Below are positions 28,584-38,813 of a stretch of DNA of 64,000 nt, piece after piece. This stretch comes from an uncultured Bacteroidales bacterium (GTDB lineage: Bacteria > Bacteroidota > Bacteroidia > Bacteroidales > VadinHA17): positions 76,302-140,301 of the forward strand of contig CAWBNA010000015.1 of the NCBI GenBank assembly GCA_963789985.1, written 5' to 3'. Each line of letters opens with the position of its first letter. Position 1 is the first letter of the stretch. The position numbers and the translations under genes are program-made. The notes under the pieces are model-generated. The model made no database searches, was not told where the DNA came from, and worked only from the letters and a program-made list of their open reading frames with translations.

Positions 28584-29483
28584 ATGCAAATAAAACCATG
28601 GATTACGGCAGCAAGACTTCGAACTTTGCCTTTGACAGTTTCTAATATTTTACTGGGAAGCCTGATTGCATACAGCCAGGGAAAATTCAAACTTAATATC
28701 ACATTATTAGGGCTCACAACAGCAGTACTTTTACAGGTTTTATCAAACTATGCAAACGACTACGGAGATTTTGTAAACGGAGCCGATGAAAAACGTTTAA
28801 GTAAATACGAGAGAGCCTTGCAAAGCGGGAAAATAAGCCCCGGGCAAATGCGTTGGATGCTCATATTACTTTCTTTATTGACATTTATTACAGGCATCCT
28901 GCTGATCACCCTGGCTGCAAAAGCGCTTGGACCCATTGCTCTTTTGGTCTTCCTTGTCACAGGGATATTGTGCATTTTTGCTGCAATTACCTATACCATT
29001 GGTAAAAAACCTTATGGTTATATTGGAATTGGCGATATTGCAGTGTTCATCTTTTTTGGAATTGTGGGCGTCTGCGGTATTTATGTTTTGCAGGCACAAA
29101 AATGGGACTGGTTTGTACTTCTCCCTGCTTCCTCCTTTGGCCTTTTAAGCACGGGTGTATTGAATATCAACAATATTCGCGATATTGAATCGGACAGGAT
29201 ATCAGGTAAAAAAACCCTTGTAGTCAGAATTGGCCTTAAAAAAGCAAAAATTTATCATTCCCTGCTTATCCTGATTGCTGTTATACTGGGAATTGTATCA
29301 ACTCTTCTAAACTATCACGACGTTTTTCAATTGCTTTATCTGGTAACTGTCCCTTTCTTCATTGTGGGCGTTTACAGGGTTTATATATCAACCCGTTCGG
29401 ATATGCTTGATGATGAATTAAGAAATCTCTCCCTTGCAACATTTTTTTATTCTCTGACTTTTGGAGCAGGCCTCCTTTTATAA
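28584..29483 (+). CDS. menA: 1,4-dihydroxy-2-naphthoate polyprenyltransferase (UbiA family)
   Basis: 299 aa, polytopic. WITAARLRTLPLTVSNILLG and NDYGDF (NDxxD motif) are typical of MenA. Confidence 0.8.
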   Translation: MQIKPWITAARLRTLPLTVSNILLGSLIAYSQGKFKLNITLLGLTTAVLLQVLSNYANDYGDFVNGADEKRLSKYERALQSGKISPGQMRWMLILLSLLTFITGILLITLAAKALGPIALLVFLVTGILCIFAAITYTIGKKPYGYIGIGDIAVFIFFGIVGVCGIYVLQAQKWDWFVLLPASSFGLLSTGVLNINNIRDIESDRISGKKTLVVRIGLKKAKIYHSLLILIAVILGIVSTLLNYHDVFQLLYLVTVPFFIVGVYRVYISTRSDMLDDELRNLSLATFFYSLTFGAGLLL

Positions 29484-29565
29484 ATATCTGATCATGGCTT
29501 TTTATTAAAATATGTTCTTCATCGCAAGAAGCGGCAAGGTAAATTCAGTCTTTAATCAATTGTTT

Positions 29566-30579
29566 TTATTGTTCCATCAATAACCTTACTTTTTCACCAT
29601 GGCTCTTTCCGGTCATGGTGTTTACGGCAGATATAACGATCTCGTCTTTATCCGGACGGAATTTTAGCACCTTAAGCAATCCGTCCCCGCATTTTTCACC
29701 GGTCTCTTTTAACCTCTCATTCTGGTAATCTGTAAGAATCTCAAAGAATATTCTTTTATTGCCTGAATTTCCTGGATCTTTTATTTTTACTGCTTTATTC
29801 AATGCGCCTGATTTATGCCCGCATAATACCATAAAAACATTAGGGTTTTTCCTGACAAGTCTTTCATACAGGGTGTAAGCATTGTTTCCCTTAGGTGTTC
29901 CCATTTTATCCACACCGTCCATTCCAAAATTCTTAAGATCATCATTCAGATTTCCTTTTTCATCCATATAGTCGTGCGTAACTATAATGACTTTTTTTGA
30001 AACGTTCCGGGAAATAATACTGTTTGCCCAATTTAATACAATATCGCGGGGAGCTACCTCGAGGCTCATGAGGATGAATTTGAAGCCGTCATAATCAAAA
30101 AGACGATAGTAGTTATCAGTTTTACCCGGTTCAAAGAATCCTCCCTTCCATCCCGGGCCGGATTTTAGAATTCGGGATACAGGGAAATACTTGTTGAATA
30201 ATTCTGTATGCCTTATTCCATCATATCGCGGATTATTTCTGACCGGATCTTTCATATCATTGTTCCCATAAACAATGGAATATGGGATTCCTGCATTTTC
30301 CAGGGTTTTGAAACATGAACTTGCAACTTTCCATTCATATTCCTGATCTTCATCGGTTATGTCGCCCATATGAACAACATATTGAATATTAAAGAGATTC
30401 TTGTTCTCAATAATCCAGTCCATTTGTCGCTGAAATATTTCAGGATGGCTGTAAGTGTAGTATTGAGTATCAGGAAGTATAATAAACGAGAAAAAAATCC
30501 TTTGCCCGGTGCATGATAAACATATGAAGACCTGAAGTAAAATCAGCATTAAAACTGAATTGCGGCATTTTATCATCAT
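29566..30579 (-). CDS. Secreted calcineurin-like metallophosphoesterase
   Basis: 337 aa with a signal peptide. Metallophosphoesterase motifs LPDTQY, HMGDITDE, GNNDM, VTHDY and CGHKSG. Confidence 0.75.
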   Translation of the reverse strand: MMIKCRNSVLMLILLQVFICLSCTGQRIFFSFIILPDTQYYTYSHPEIFQRQMDWIIENKNLFNIQYVVHMGDITDEDQEYEWKVASSCFKTLENAGIPYSIVYGNNDMKDPVRNNPRYDGIRHTELFNKYFPVSRILKSGPGWKGGFFEPGKTDNYYRLFDYDGFKFILMSLEVAPRDIVLNWANSIISRNVSKKVIIVTHDYMDEKGNLNDDLKNFGMDGVDKMGTPKGNNAYTLYERLVRKNPNVFMVLCGHKSGALNKAVKIKDPGNSGNKRIFFEILTDYQNERLKETGEKCGDGLLKVLKFRPDKDEIVISAVNTMTGKSHGEKVRLLMEQ

Positions 30580-30754
30580 GATCCTGGAGAAAGTTAATTT
30601 GAAAATCGTCAGCCAAAAATTAATTAATAAAGTTACAAATAAAGCATGTCTTTAAAATGTAATTACTTGATTTTAGTTTTTAAGTAGTGTAATTTTATGA
30701 AATAAAGACAGGATTAAAGATTGATTTTTATTTATAGACTAAAATCAGAATAAT

Positions 30755-31342
30755 ATGGAAGAGCTGTTTAAAAGTATGACTGTCGCAGGTGTTCTGATGC
30801 GTTTTGCGTTGAACATGATATTTCTCTTTATTCTTATCCGGATTCTTTATTTCAGGTATTGTAAAAAGGAAAAATTTCTTTTTTCCCTTTTCCTCGTTGG
30901 GATAATAGTCTTCTTTATCTGTACAATGCTGAAAAACACCAATATAGGGTTAGGGATGGGGCTCGGGTTGTTTGGCATTTTTCAGATCCTGAGGTTCAGG
31001 ACCAGGAATTTCACACCCAAAGATATGGCTTATATCTTTACATCCATCGGACTCTCGGTCATTAATTCAGTAAACCTGGGAGGATTTCCTTTTATTGGAT
31101 TTTTAATTATCAACATTATAGTGGTCCTTGCGGTATTTGTCCTTGAGGAGTACCTTAAAAAGAACAATTTCTGTAAATATTCAATATGTTATAATAATCT
31201 GGAATTATTAAAACCCGAAAACAGCCATAAGCTTATTAAGGACATATCTGCCAAAACAGGCCTGACTATTATGAAGATTGAGATCCGGAATATCGATTTC
31301 AAAAGAGAGGTTGCCAATCTGGATATTTATTTTAAAGAATGA
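30755..31342 (+). CDS. DUF4956-family membrane protein (copy 2)
   Basis: 195 aa. GLFGIFQILRFRTRNFTPKDMAYIFTSIGLSVINSV and the C-terminal LIKDISAKTG...LDIYF blocks match copy 1 at 15323-16012. Confidence 0.7.
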   Translation: MEELFKSMTVAGVLMRFALNMIFLFILIRILYFRYCKKEKFLFSLFLVGIIVFFICTMLKNTNIGLGMGLGLFGIFQILRFRTRNFTPKDMAYIFTSIGLSVINSVNLGGFPFIGFLIINIIVVLAVFVLEEYLKKNNFCKYSICYNNLELLKPENSHKLIKDISAKTGLTIMKIEIRNIDFKREVANLDIYFKE

Positions 31343-31483
31343 TATACATTGACCCTTTAGCTATTACCTGCATTGGAAGAACGGCAGAAATCATTTTGTC
31401 ATGATTTCCCCCGGCATAAAAACATTTAGTTTAATAACATAGATTGAGTTTTCGATAAACGTTCTTTAAAACAACAGCTTGAA

Positions 31484-32551
31484 ATGAAAAAGATAATCCT
31501 TCCTCTGATTTTCCTGTCAGGTTTTATATTCCAACCTGCATTTGGCCAGATTGACTCAGTAAATGCTAAGTTCGCAGTTAAAGATACCCAGAATGTGAAT
31601 ATCCGGCTTTTCGACAGTAACGATCCCTTTGAGATTTCGCTCAGGTTCGATATTACCACCTATAAAAGGAAAAGATCTGATACTACTTATTTGGATGGTA
31701 TTCTTACTTACCACACGGGCAAAAATGATTCCATAAACAAAAACGTTAAATTAAGACCAAGGGGAACCACCCGCCGTACAATTTGTGATTTTCCTCCTAT
31801 GGACCTGCATTTAAAACTTAAAGATACCGTTGGTGGCGAATTTGTAGGGATAAATAAACTGAAGCTTGTACCCTATTGTAAAATTGGATATGAAGATTAT
31901 ATTTTAAAAGAATATTTAATATATAAGCTGTATAATTTACTCACTGATAATAGTTTTAAAGTCAGGTTATTAAGGATTAATCTCATAAATACGGCAAAGA
32001 ACAGCAAGCCGGTCAGCCAATACGGGTTTGCAATAGAACCTGTAAAACTGCTTGTGAAAAGGACACATACAGCTGAAATAAAACCGGTTTATCTTACACA
32101 AAACAATATCAAACCTGAGATAATGGACCGTTTTGCAATTTTCAGTTACATGATCGGCAATACCGATTGGGCCGTGCCAAATCAGCATAATGTCGTTGTG
32201 CTGACGAAGCCGGGATCAGAACATCCTGAGCTAGGTATAGCGGTACCTTACGATTTCGACTATGCCGGTCTTGTCAATACGGATTATGCTGTCCCGAATG
32301 AGAATTTACCCATCAAATCGGTTCGTGAAAGATATTATATGGGAGTATGCAGAAGTGAAGAAGTCTTTGCGAAAGAGGTTAAAGAATTTGCTGATAAAAA
32401 GGATGAATTTTATAAGCTGATTAACGATTTCCCATACCTTAATCCGAAATCAAAAAAAGACATCATAAGCTATCTGGATGAGTTTTATAAGCTGTTTGAT
32501 AAACACAATTCCATCGTGCACGACTTTCTTAACCATTGCAAGACTTTATAA
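31484..32551 (+). CDS. Secreted compact CotH-like / atypical-kinase-like protein
   Basis: 355 aa with a signal peptide. VKLRPRGTT, YILKEYLIYKLYNLL, YGFAIEPV, MIGNTDWAVPNQHNVVVL and PYDFDYAG align block for block with IKIRGQST, FIRDYLTYNLSRQIG, GLYVLQEKV, EELASNPDAY..FFHKD and VWDNDLTYG of the 16222-18246 CotH. Confidence 0.55.
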   Translation: MKKIILPLIFLSGFIFQPAFGQIDSVNAKFAVKDTQNVNIRLFDSNDPFEISLRFDITTYKRKRSDTTYLDGILTYHTGKNDSINKNVKLRPRGTTRRTICDFPPMDLHLKLKDTVGGEFVGINKLKLVPYCKIGYEDYILKEYLIYKLYNLLTDNSFKVRLLRINLINTAKNSKPVSQYGFAIEPVKLLVKRTHTAEIKPVYLTQNNIKPEIMDRFAIFSYMIGNTDWAVPNQHNVVVLTKPGSEHPELGIAVPYDFDYAGLVNTDYAVPNENLPIKSVRERYYMGVCRSEEVFAKEVKEFADKKDEFYKLINDFPYLNPKSKKDIISYLDEFYKLFDKHNSIVHDFLNHCKTL

Positions 32552-32691
32552 AAAGCGGAAAACAACTTTTTGCTTTTCACTAAACCCGGGCTTAAATTTG
32601 ATTCAGGAATGGTTTAAATAAAAATATGCCTGAGGTATTAATTTTGTTTTATAGTCCTTACATTTAAATCAGAATATCAAAATTCCAGACC

Positions 32692-34737
32692 ATGAAAAAA
32701 CATTTATTTCTATTGTTGCTTATACTCGTCCTAACTGCCATAGCAATTTCATCATGTAAGCAGTCAAAAAAAGAACAGGTGACTGATGCATTAGTATCAC
32801 ACATTGATTCCACAGTTAAGCCAGGAAATGATTTCTTCCTTTTTGCGAACGGTAAATGGTTCAAGCAAAATCCAATTCCTGCCAGCGAACAGAGTAATGG
32901 CATCTGGCAGCTGATCCAGGATACCATCAATGCCCAGGTCCGCCATGTTTGCGAATCTTCGGCCGCAATCAAAGATGCCATAAAGGGAAGTAACAAACAG
33001 AAGATAGGGGATTTCTTTTTTACGGGCATGGATAGTATAACTCTTAACAAAAAAGGTATCTCTGATTTAAAAAGCGATTTTGACAAGATAGATGCAATAA
33101 AAGATATTAATGGCATCATAAAAGCAGCATCATACATTCATACTATAAGTGGTTCTCCTTTGTTCGGAATTGGAGTCGGACAGGATGATAAGATAAGCAG
33201 TAAGAATTCTGTTTTTATTTACCAGGGAGGATTAAGCCTTCCTGACCGTAATTTTTATTTTGATACTGATTCCCGTGCTGTATCAATCCGTCAGAAATTC
33301 ATTGCTCATCTTGAAAATACATTCACTGATGTGGGGTACAACGCTGAAAAAGCCAGGACTATTGCCGTGGGAATCATGAAACTCGAAACAGATATGGCCA
33401 GAACTTCGCGCAAACGGGAAGATACCCGTGATCCATGGAAAAATTACAATAAGCTGACTTTTAAGCAACTTACTGAATCCACTCCGAACATCGACTGGAA
33501 AATTTTTATGGATGGCATCGGTTTGCATAATGTCGACAGTGTTATTGTGGGTCAGCCTGAATTCTTAAAAGCTCTTAATGGTTATCTCAGATCATATCCT
33601 TTAGATGACTGGAAAAATTATCTTAAATATCATCTCACAAGAAATCTTTCAGGCTTCATGGATGACAAAACCTTTCTTGAATTCTTTAACTTTTATTCTG
33701 CAACACTCAGGGGAGTTAAGGAGCCTAAGCCAAGATGGAAACGAGTTGTCCTGCAAACCGATGGTTCACTGGGAGAACTGATAGGGCAGGTTTATGTGGA
33801 TGAATACCTGCCTAAGGGTACAAAAGATAAACTGATCGAGATTGGCAAGGTCATCAAAACAATATTTGCAGAACGCATAAAGGCCCTCGACTGGATGAGC
33901 CCGGCCACCAAAGAAAAAGCACTGAATAAACTCAATACTGTAATTATGAAAGTAGGTTATCCTGACAAATGGAAAGATCTGAGTGCAATGAAAATCGACC
34001 GCACATCGTACCTGAAAGATGCTATGAGTGCCAATAACTGGAGATTCAATTATATGATTTCAAAATATGGAAAACCTGTTGACCGCGCCGAATGGGATAT
34101 GGAGCCACAAACCTACAACGCATATTATAATCCATCCAACAATGAGATTTGCATTCCTGGCTGTAATATTATCGTTCCCGGTTATGAAGGTAAAATGGCT
34201 GACGATGCACTTCTCTACTCTATTGTCGGCGGAACTTTCGGACATGAAATCACACATGGCTTTGACGATCAGGGCTGCAAATACAATGCCAGTGGCAATC
34301 TTCAAAACTGGTGGTCATCTGAAGACAGCATTAAGTTCTATGCAAAGACGAAAATGATTGTTAAACAGTTCAATAAGTATATAGCAGTTGACAGTCTTCA
34401 CATAAACGGTGAACTGACACAGGGCGAAAATATTGCAGATCTTGGTGGTGTAATTATGGCTTATGAAGCTTTTAAGAAAACTGATCAGTTTAAAAACAAT
34501 GTAATTATTGCAGGTTTGAATCCTTCGCAACGCTTCTTCCTTGGCTATGCTCTTGGCTGGATGGTGAATGAACGACCCGAAGCTGTTGCCAGTCAGGTGA
34601 AAAGCGATGAACATTCACCTGCTAAATTCCGCGTAAATGGACCGTTGTCAAATATGCCGGAATTCTATGAAGCATTTGCAATAAAACCAGGTGATTATCT
34701 TTGGGTTCCTGACAGCCTGAGAGTTAAAATCTGGTAG
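32692..34737 (+). CDS. M13-family zinc metallopeptidase (PepO / endothelin-converting-enzyme-like)
   Basis: 681 aa, lipoprotein-like N-terminus. HEITHGFD (HExxH), NAYYNPSNNEI, GENIADLGG and C-terminal W. Confidence 0.85.
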   Translation: MKKHLFLLLLILVLTAIAISSCKQSKKEQVTDALVSHIDSTVKPGNDFFLFANGKWFKQNPIPASEQSNGIWQLIQDTINAQVRHVCESSAAIKDAIKGSNKQKIGDFFFTGMDSITLNKKGISDLKSDFDKIDAIKDINGIIKAASYIHTISGSPLFGIGVGQDDKISSKNSVFIYQGGLSLPDRNFYFDTDSRAVSIRQKFIAHLENTFTDVGYNAEKARTIAVGIMKLETDMARTSRKREDTRDPWKNYNKLTFKQLTESTPNIDWKIFMDGIGLHNVDSVIVGQPEFLKALNGYLRSYPLDDWKNYLKYHLTRNLSGFMDDKTFLEFFNFYSATLRGVKEPKPRWKRVVLQTDGSLGELIGQVYVDEYLPKGTKDKLIEIGKVIKTIFAERIKALDWMSPATKEKALNKLNTVIMKVGYPDKWKDLSAMKIDRTSYLKDAMSANNWRFNYMISKYGKPVDRAEWDMEPQTYNAYYNPSNNEICIPGCNIIVPGYEGKMADDALLYSIVGGTFGHEITHGFDDQGCKYNASGNLQNWWSSEDSIKFYAKTKMIVKQFNKYIAVDSLHINGELTQGENIADLGGVIMAYEAFKKTDQFKNNVIIAGLNPSQRFFLGYALGWMVNERPEAVASQVKSDEHSPAKFRVNGPLSNMPEFYEAFAIKPGDYLWVPDSLRVKIW

Positions 34738-34797
34738 ACACTATCGACATCATATCATTAATAAAGACAATCGCCATAGGGATCTCTGGTACAATTC

Positions 34798-36081
34798 CTA
34801 TGACATGAGATTCAATCTGGCATATATTGAACGAATCATTTTATTTAATTCGGGAAGTTTATGTGCAAAGACAAGAGCGCCTAAAACACAACATGTTCCG
34901 CCTATTAAAATTGTATCCGGAACACCTATGATTTTTGCCAGGCTCCCTGCCAAAAAACTTCCGAAGGGTGCAGTTCCCATAAATGCCATTGTGTAAAAGC
35001 TCATGATACGGCCACGTTTGTCATTATCAACAATGGTCTGTAATATAGTATTACTCGATGCCATCTGTAACATCATTCCGAGGCCAACTATTACCATAAT
35101 GGCTAAAGAAAGCAAAAAGAAACGTGAGAAAGATAACGTTATCAGCCCCAGCCCAAAGATACAGGCGGCCAGAGGTATAATTCTGAACAGGCCCATAGCA
35201 TTTTTTCTTGAAGCAAGATAAAGAGCACCGGTTAATGCACCCAGACCTGAAGCACCCATAAGAAATCCAAAAGTATGCGACCCTCCGTGCAGTATTTCTT
35301 TAGCGAAAACAGGCATAAGAACCGTATATTGCATTCCCATCAGACTGACCAGACCAAGCAAAAATATAATGTATTTAATAGGGAGAACATTAAAAGCATA
35401 GGAAAATCCTTCCTTCATTTCTTTTAAAACATGAGTATCTTTTCTGTCTATTTTCCTCGGGGTAACTTTCATCAAAAGCAGGGATGCTATAACAAAAAGA
35501 TAGCTTATCCCATTAAGCAAAAAACAAATTCCTTCACCGGTAAATGCTATTAATATGCCTGCTATTGATGGCCCAAGTAATCTGGCGCCATTTACCATTG
35601 AAGAATTCAGGGCAATTGCATTCCCCAGGTCTTCTTTTTTTTCCACCATTTCAATTACAAATGACTGTCGGGCCGGAGTATCAAATGCATTGATGCAACC
35701 AAGAAATATATTAAGAAGCACTATGTGCCAGATTTCAATTACTCCGGTTAAATAGAGAAATGCAAGAATGAATGCCTGAATCATTGCCGCTATCTGAGTG
35801 CCGATTAAAATATGATAGCGGTTCCAGCGATCGGTCAGAACTCCTGCAAAAGGAGCTATTATAAAAGTAGGTATCTGCCCGGCAAAACCAATCAGGCCCA
35901 GCATAAATGCTGATCCTGTAAGGTGATAGACCAGCCAGGGTGTTGCGATTCGTTGAATCCATGTTCCAATCAGAGAAATGCTTTGTCCGCCGAAGAAAAG
36001 ACGATAATTTCTGTACTTAAGGGAACGAAAAGTCACCCTGAGGGGTGCAAATTTCTTTTTATCATATTCAGATAGTGCCAT
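34798..36081 (-). CDS. MFS transporter (EntS/MFS_3-like)
   Basis: 427 aa with about 12 TM segments. GVLTDRWNR loop motif. Confidence 0.8.
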   Translation of the reverse strand: MALSEYDKKKFAPLRVTFRSLKYRNYRLFFGGQSISLIGTWIQRIATPWLVYHLTGSAFMLGLIGFAGQIPTFIIAPFAGVLTDRWNRYHILIGTQIAAMIQAFILAFLYLTGVIEIWHIVLLNIFLGCINAFDTPARQSFVIEMVEKKEDLGNAIALNSSMVNGARLLGPSIAGILIAFTGEGICFLLNGISYLFVIASLLLMKVTPRKIDRKDTHVLKEMKEGFSYAFNVLPIKYIIFLLGLVSLMGMQYTVLMPVFAKEILHGGSHTFGFLMGASGLGALTGALYLASRKNAMGLFRIIPLAACIFGLGLITLSFSRFFLLSLAIMVIVGLGMMLQMASSNTILQTIVDNDKRGRIMSFYTMAFMGTAPFGSFLAGSLAKIIGVPDTILIGGTCCVLGALVFAHKLPELNKMIRSIYARLNLMS

Positions 36082-36167
36082 TTATCAATGAGAAGTGAGT
36101 TAAAGCATCCGGATTATTTTTTGCACATCAAAAGGGGTATAATGTTTGGGATAAAATGTTTTGATGT

Positions 36168-36869
36168 TCATCTTTTCTTAAGCGGATATCCGACTGTCTG
36201 GCCAAACAGCACCTTCTGATCAGGACGCAAATTAAGTTTTGCTGAAAGGCCCGGTTTGTCGCAATTATGAAACCAGGAAGCCAAACCCTGAGAAGCAGCA
36301 AATAAATATACATTGCCTGCAATGAGACCTGTATCAACATAATAATATGACTTTTGAATTTCCGGATCCTGCAAGCCAGGCTCCTGGTAACCAGAGGTAT
36401 TAGAAAGTTTATTCAAATCTGCTATGTAGATGAGGCGAACGGGAGCCTTATCTCCAAAATTACTTTGGCCTTTCCCAATTGCCAGTCTGCGCAAGTCGCC
36501 GGCAAAAACCGGAATAAGCGAATGATGAATTGCATCATAAAAGTAAGTCCCCGATTGCAAGGCAATATAAAGATCAATTTCCTGCGAGTTACTTGCTGAT
36601 GCTGCAGTTCTTCCGGGAATTCCAAACGGACCCTTTTTACGATTTATCCCATACGCCGACCAGAGGAGGTCTGAAAGCTTGTGCAAAGAGAGTTTTTTAT
36701 CACTTATTTCCCGGACAGTTTTTCTCTGCCGTAATGCTTTCAGTACTGATTTCCCATTATCAATCCCGGGTTTCAACAATACTATGGGCACCAGATTCTT
36801 TACAGAAACATGATCACTGTTTATAACATAGACCCCTGATTCCTTTTTTGTTTTTTTACTATACATCAT
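36168..36869 (-). CDS. Nitroreductase-fold protein, SagB-type dehydrogenase-domain-like
   Basis: 233 aa. LRQRKTVREISDKKLSLHKLSDLLWSAYG, RTAASASNSQEIDLY and GTYFYD match the pattern of SagB/ThcOx-type nitroreductase domains. Confidence 0.65.
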   Translation of the reverse strand: MMYSKKTKKESGVYVINSDHVSVKNLVPIVLLKPGIDNGKSVLKALRQRKTVREISDKKLSLHKLSDLLWSAYGINRKKGPFGIPGRTAASASNSQEIDLYIALQSGTYFYDAIHHSLIPVFAGDLRRLAIGKGQSNFGDKAPVRLIYIADLNKLSNTSGYQEPGLQDPEIQKSYYYVDTGLIAGNVYLFAASQGLASWFHNCDKPGLSAKLNLRPDQKVLFGQTVGYPLKKR

Positions 36870-37197
36870 TGTCCATTCTTTTTTATGATTTATTTGTTAA
36901 AAGATCCCAATAGCCTTGATATCATACGTTTTTAGGATGCTATCTTTCTTGATGAGCATTTTGCATGGATTAAGTCCCAAATTTATCTATTATATCATAC
37001 GCCATCTCATATGTCATGAATATAAACAAAATTGCCAAATGTTTTTTTATGTCAGATGTGCCGGTCTTTTCTTATGGGAAATTTGACCGGAAATAGGTTT
37101 TGTAAAATACTTAACCTTTTTAAATAATATTATTGATGGTTGCAAAGAACGTTCTTATATATTTTTGGCATAACTTTATCAAAAATATAGATAAATC

Positions 37198-38703
37198 ATG
37201 CGCAGGTTAATGTTTATTGCCCTGACAATTCTTATCACGTTAAAAGCTTTCCCCCAGGTCAGATCTGCAGACAGGGAGCCTTATGCTGCAGGCAAATTTT
37301 ATCCTTCTGATAAAGAGACACTTACTAAAGATCTTTCACAGCTATTTTCATCCTGTATAAAAACAACAGAAAATTGGAAAGTAAGAGCAATAATAAGCCC
37401 CCATGCCGGATATGAATTCTCCGGAGGGATTGCTGCATCAGCATTTTCGTGTATCCCGAAGAATGCTGTTTACAAAAATATTTTCATCATCGGGTCAAGT
37501 CATATTATGGCCTTCGAAGGAGCTTCAGTTTATCACACAGGAGATTATGTCACACCGTTAGGCAAGCTGAAGGTGAATAAGGATATTGCAGACAAGCTAA
37601 GGAGCAATTCGGTTTTCATGTTTCCGGAAACTGCACATATTCAGGAACACAGTCTGGAAAATCAAATGCCTTTTATCCAGTACTATTTTCCAGGTCCTCA
37701 GCAAATAGTGCCAATTATTATCGGTACAGACAATATAAGCACCATTAAAGCTATTGCTGAGGCCTTAAAACCATGGTTTAACGATGATAATTTATTTGTT
37801 ATCAGCAGCGATTTTTCACATTATCCTTCCTACAAAGATGCCCGGGAAGTTGATAAAAGCACCGCTGATGCAATAATTTCGGGTGACAGTGAAACTTTTT
37901 TGAGCACTCTTCAGAGGAATGCTGATAAGTCTATCCCTAATTTATTGACCAGCATGTGCGGCTGGACTTCAGGTTTGACCTTACTTTATCTTGTCAATAA
38001 AGATCCAAAGCTGGAGTTCAAAAAAATAAGCTACTGCAATTCAGGCGATACCCCTTCCGGGGATAAAAGCCGGGTAGTCGGGTACAATGCCATTGCCCTT
38101 ATTGAGAAGAATCCGAAAAAAACCAGTAATCAGAAAATAAATTCAGACCTGACGTTTACAAAGGATGAGGTTAATCAGCTTTACTCGATAGCGAGGAACA
38201 GCATCCGGAAGATGCTCTTTGAAAATAAAAGTCTGACCATTGAACCTTCAAATATTTCACCCGATCTTAAGAGATGCATGGGTGCATTTGTAACCCTGAA
38301 TATTGATGGGAAACTGTGTGGATGTGTAGGCCAGGTCATTTCGACTGACCCGCTTTATGAAGTTGTGAATCGAATGGCTTTAGCATCGGCATTTGAGGAT
38401 ACACGGTTCCCTCCACTCTCAAAAGATGAATTCAATAAACTCAAAATAGAAATTTCGGTTCTCGGACCGTTAAAAAAGATCAAAAACATTTCTGAAATTG
38501 TTTTGGGTAAACACGGCATATATATAACAAAAGATCTCAGATCAGGCACGATGCTCCCTCAGGTTGCTACAGGAAATCACTGGACCGTTGAGCAACTACT
38601 GGGTTATACTTCTCGCGACAAAGCCGGTCTGGGATGGGATGGTTGGAAAAATGCCGATATATACATTTATGAGACAGCAATACTTGAAGAAAGCAAAAAA
38701 TAA
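37198..38703 (+). CDS. Fusion of Memo-like (AmmeMemoRadiSam protein B) and AMMECR1 (protein A) domains with a signal-peptide-like N-terminus
   Basis: 501 aa. N-terminus MRRLMFIALTILITLKAFPQ. The Memo domain then starts at REPYAAGKFYP and contains ISPHAGYEFSG. The AMMECR1 block GAFVTLNIDGKLCGCVG lies in the C-terminal ~190 aa. Confidence 0.8.
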   Translation: MRRLMFIALTILITLKAFPQVRSADREPYAAGKFYPSDKETLTKDLSQLFSSCIKTTENWKVRAIISPHAGYEFSGGIAASAFSCIPKNAVYKNIFIIGSSHIMAFEGASVYHTGDYVTPLGKLKVNKDIADKLRSNSVFMFPETAHIQEHSLENQMPFIQYYFPGPQQIVPIIIGTDNISTIKAIAEALKPWFNDDNLFVISSDFSHYPSYKDAREVDKSTADAIISGDSETFLSTLQRNADKSIPNLLTSMCGWTSGLTLLYLVNKDPKLEFKKISYCNSGDTPSGDKSRVVGYNAIALIEKNPKKTSNQKINSDLTFTKDEVNQLYSIARNSIRKMLFENKSLTIEPSNISPDLKRCMGAFVTLNIDGKLCGCVGQVISTDPLYEVVNRMALASAFEDTRFPPLSKDEFNKLKIEISVLGPLKKIKNISEIVLGKHGIYITKDLRSGTMLPQVATGNHWTVEQLLGYTSRDKAGLGWDGWKNADIYIYETAILEESKK

Positions 38704-38813
38704 TTATTAGCATTACCCTCCTTTTAGGTATTGTTTAAGACAGCTATTTATCAAAATTAATCTCTTTGAAATCAGCCAGTTTCATGGCTTGTTTCTCCTT
38801 TATACATTATATA

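Noticed and set aside
32664-33137. 157-aa reverse ORF overlapping the start of the M13 peptidase gene
   Set aside because: It is antisense to a confidently identified gene and has no signature.
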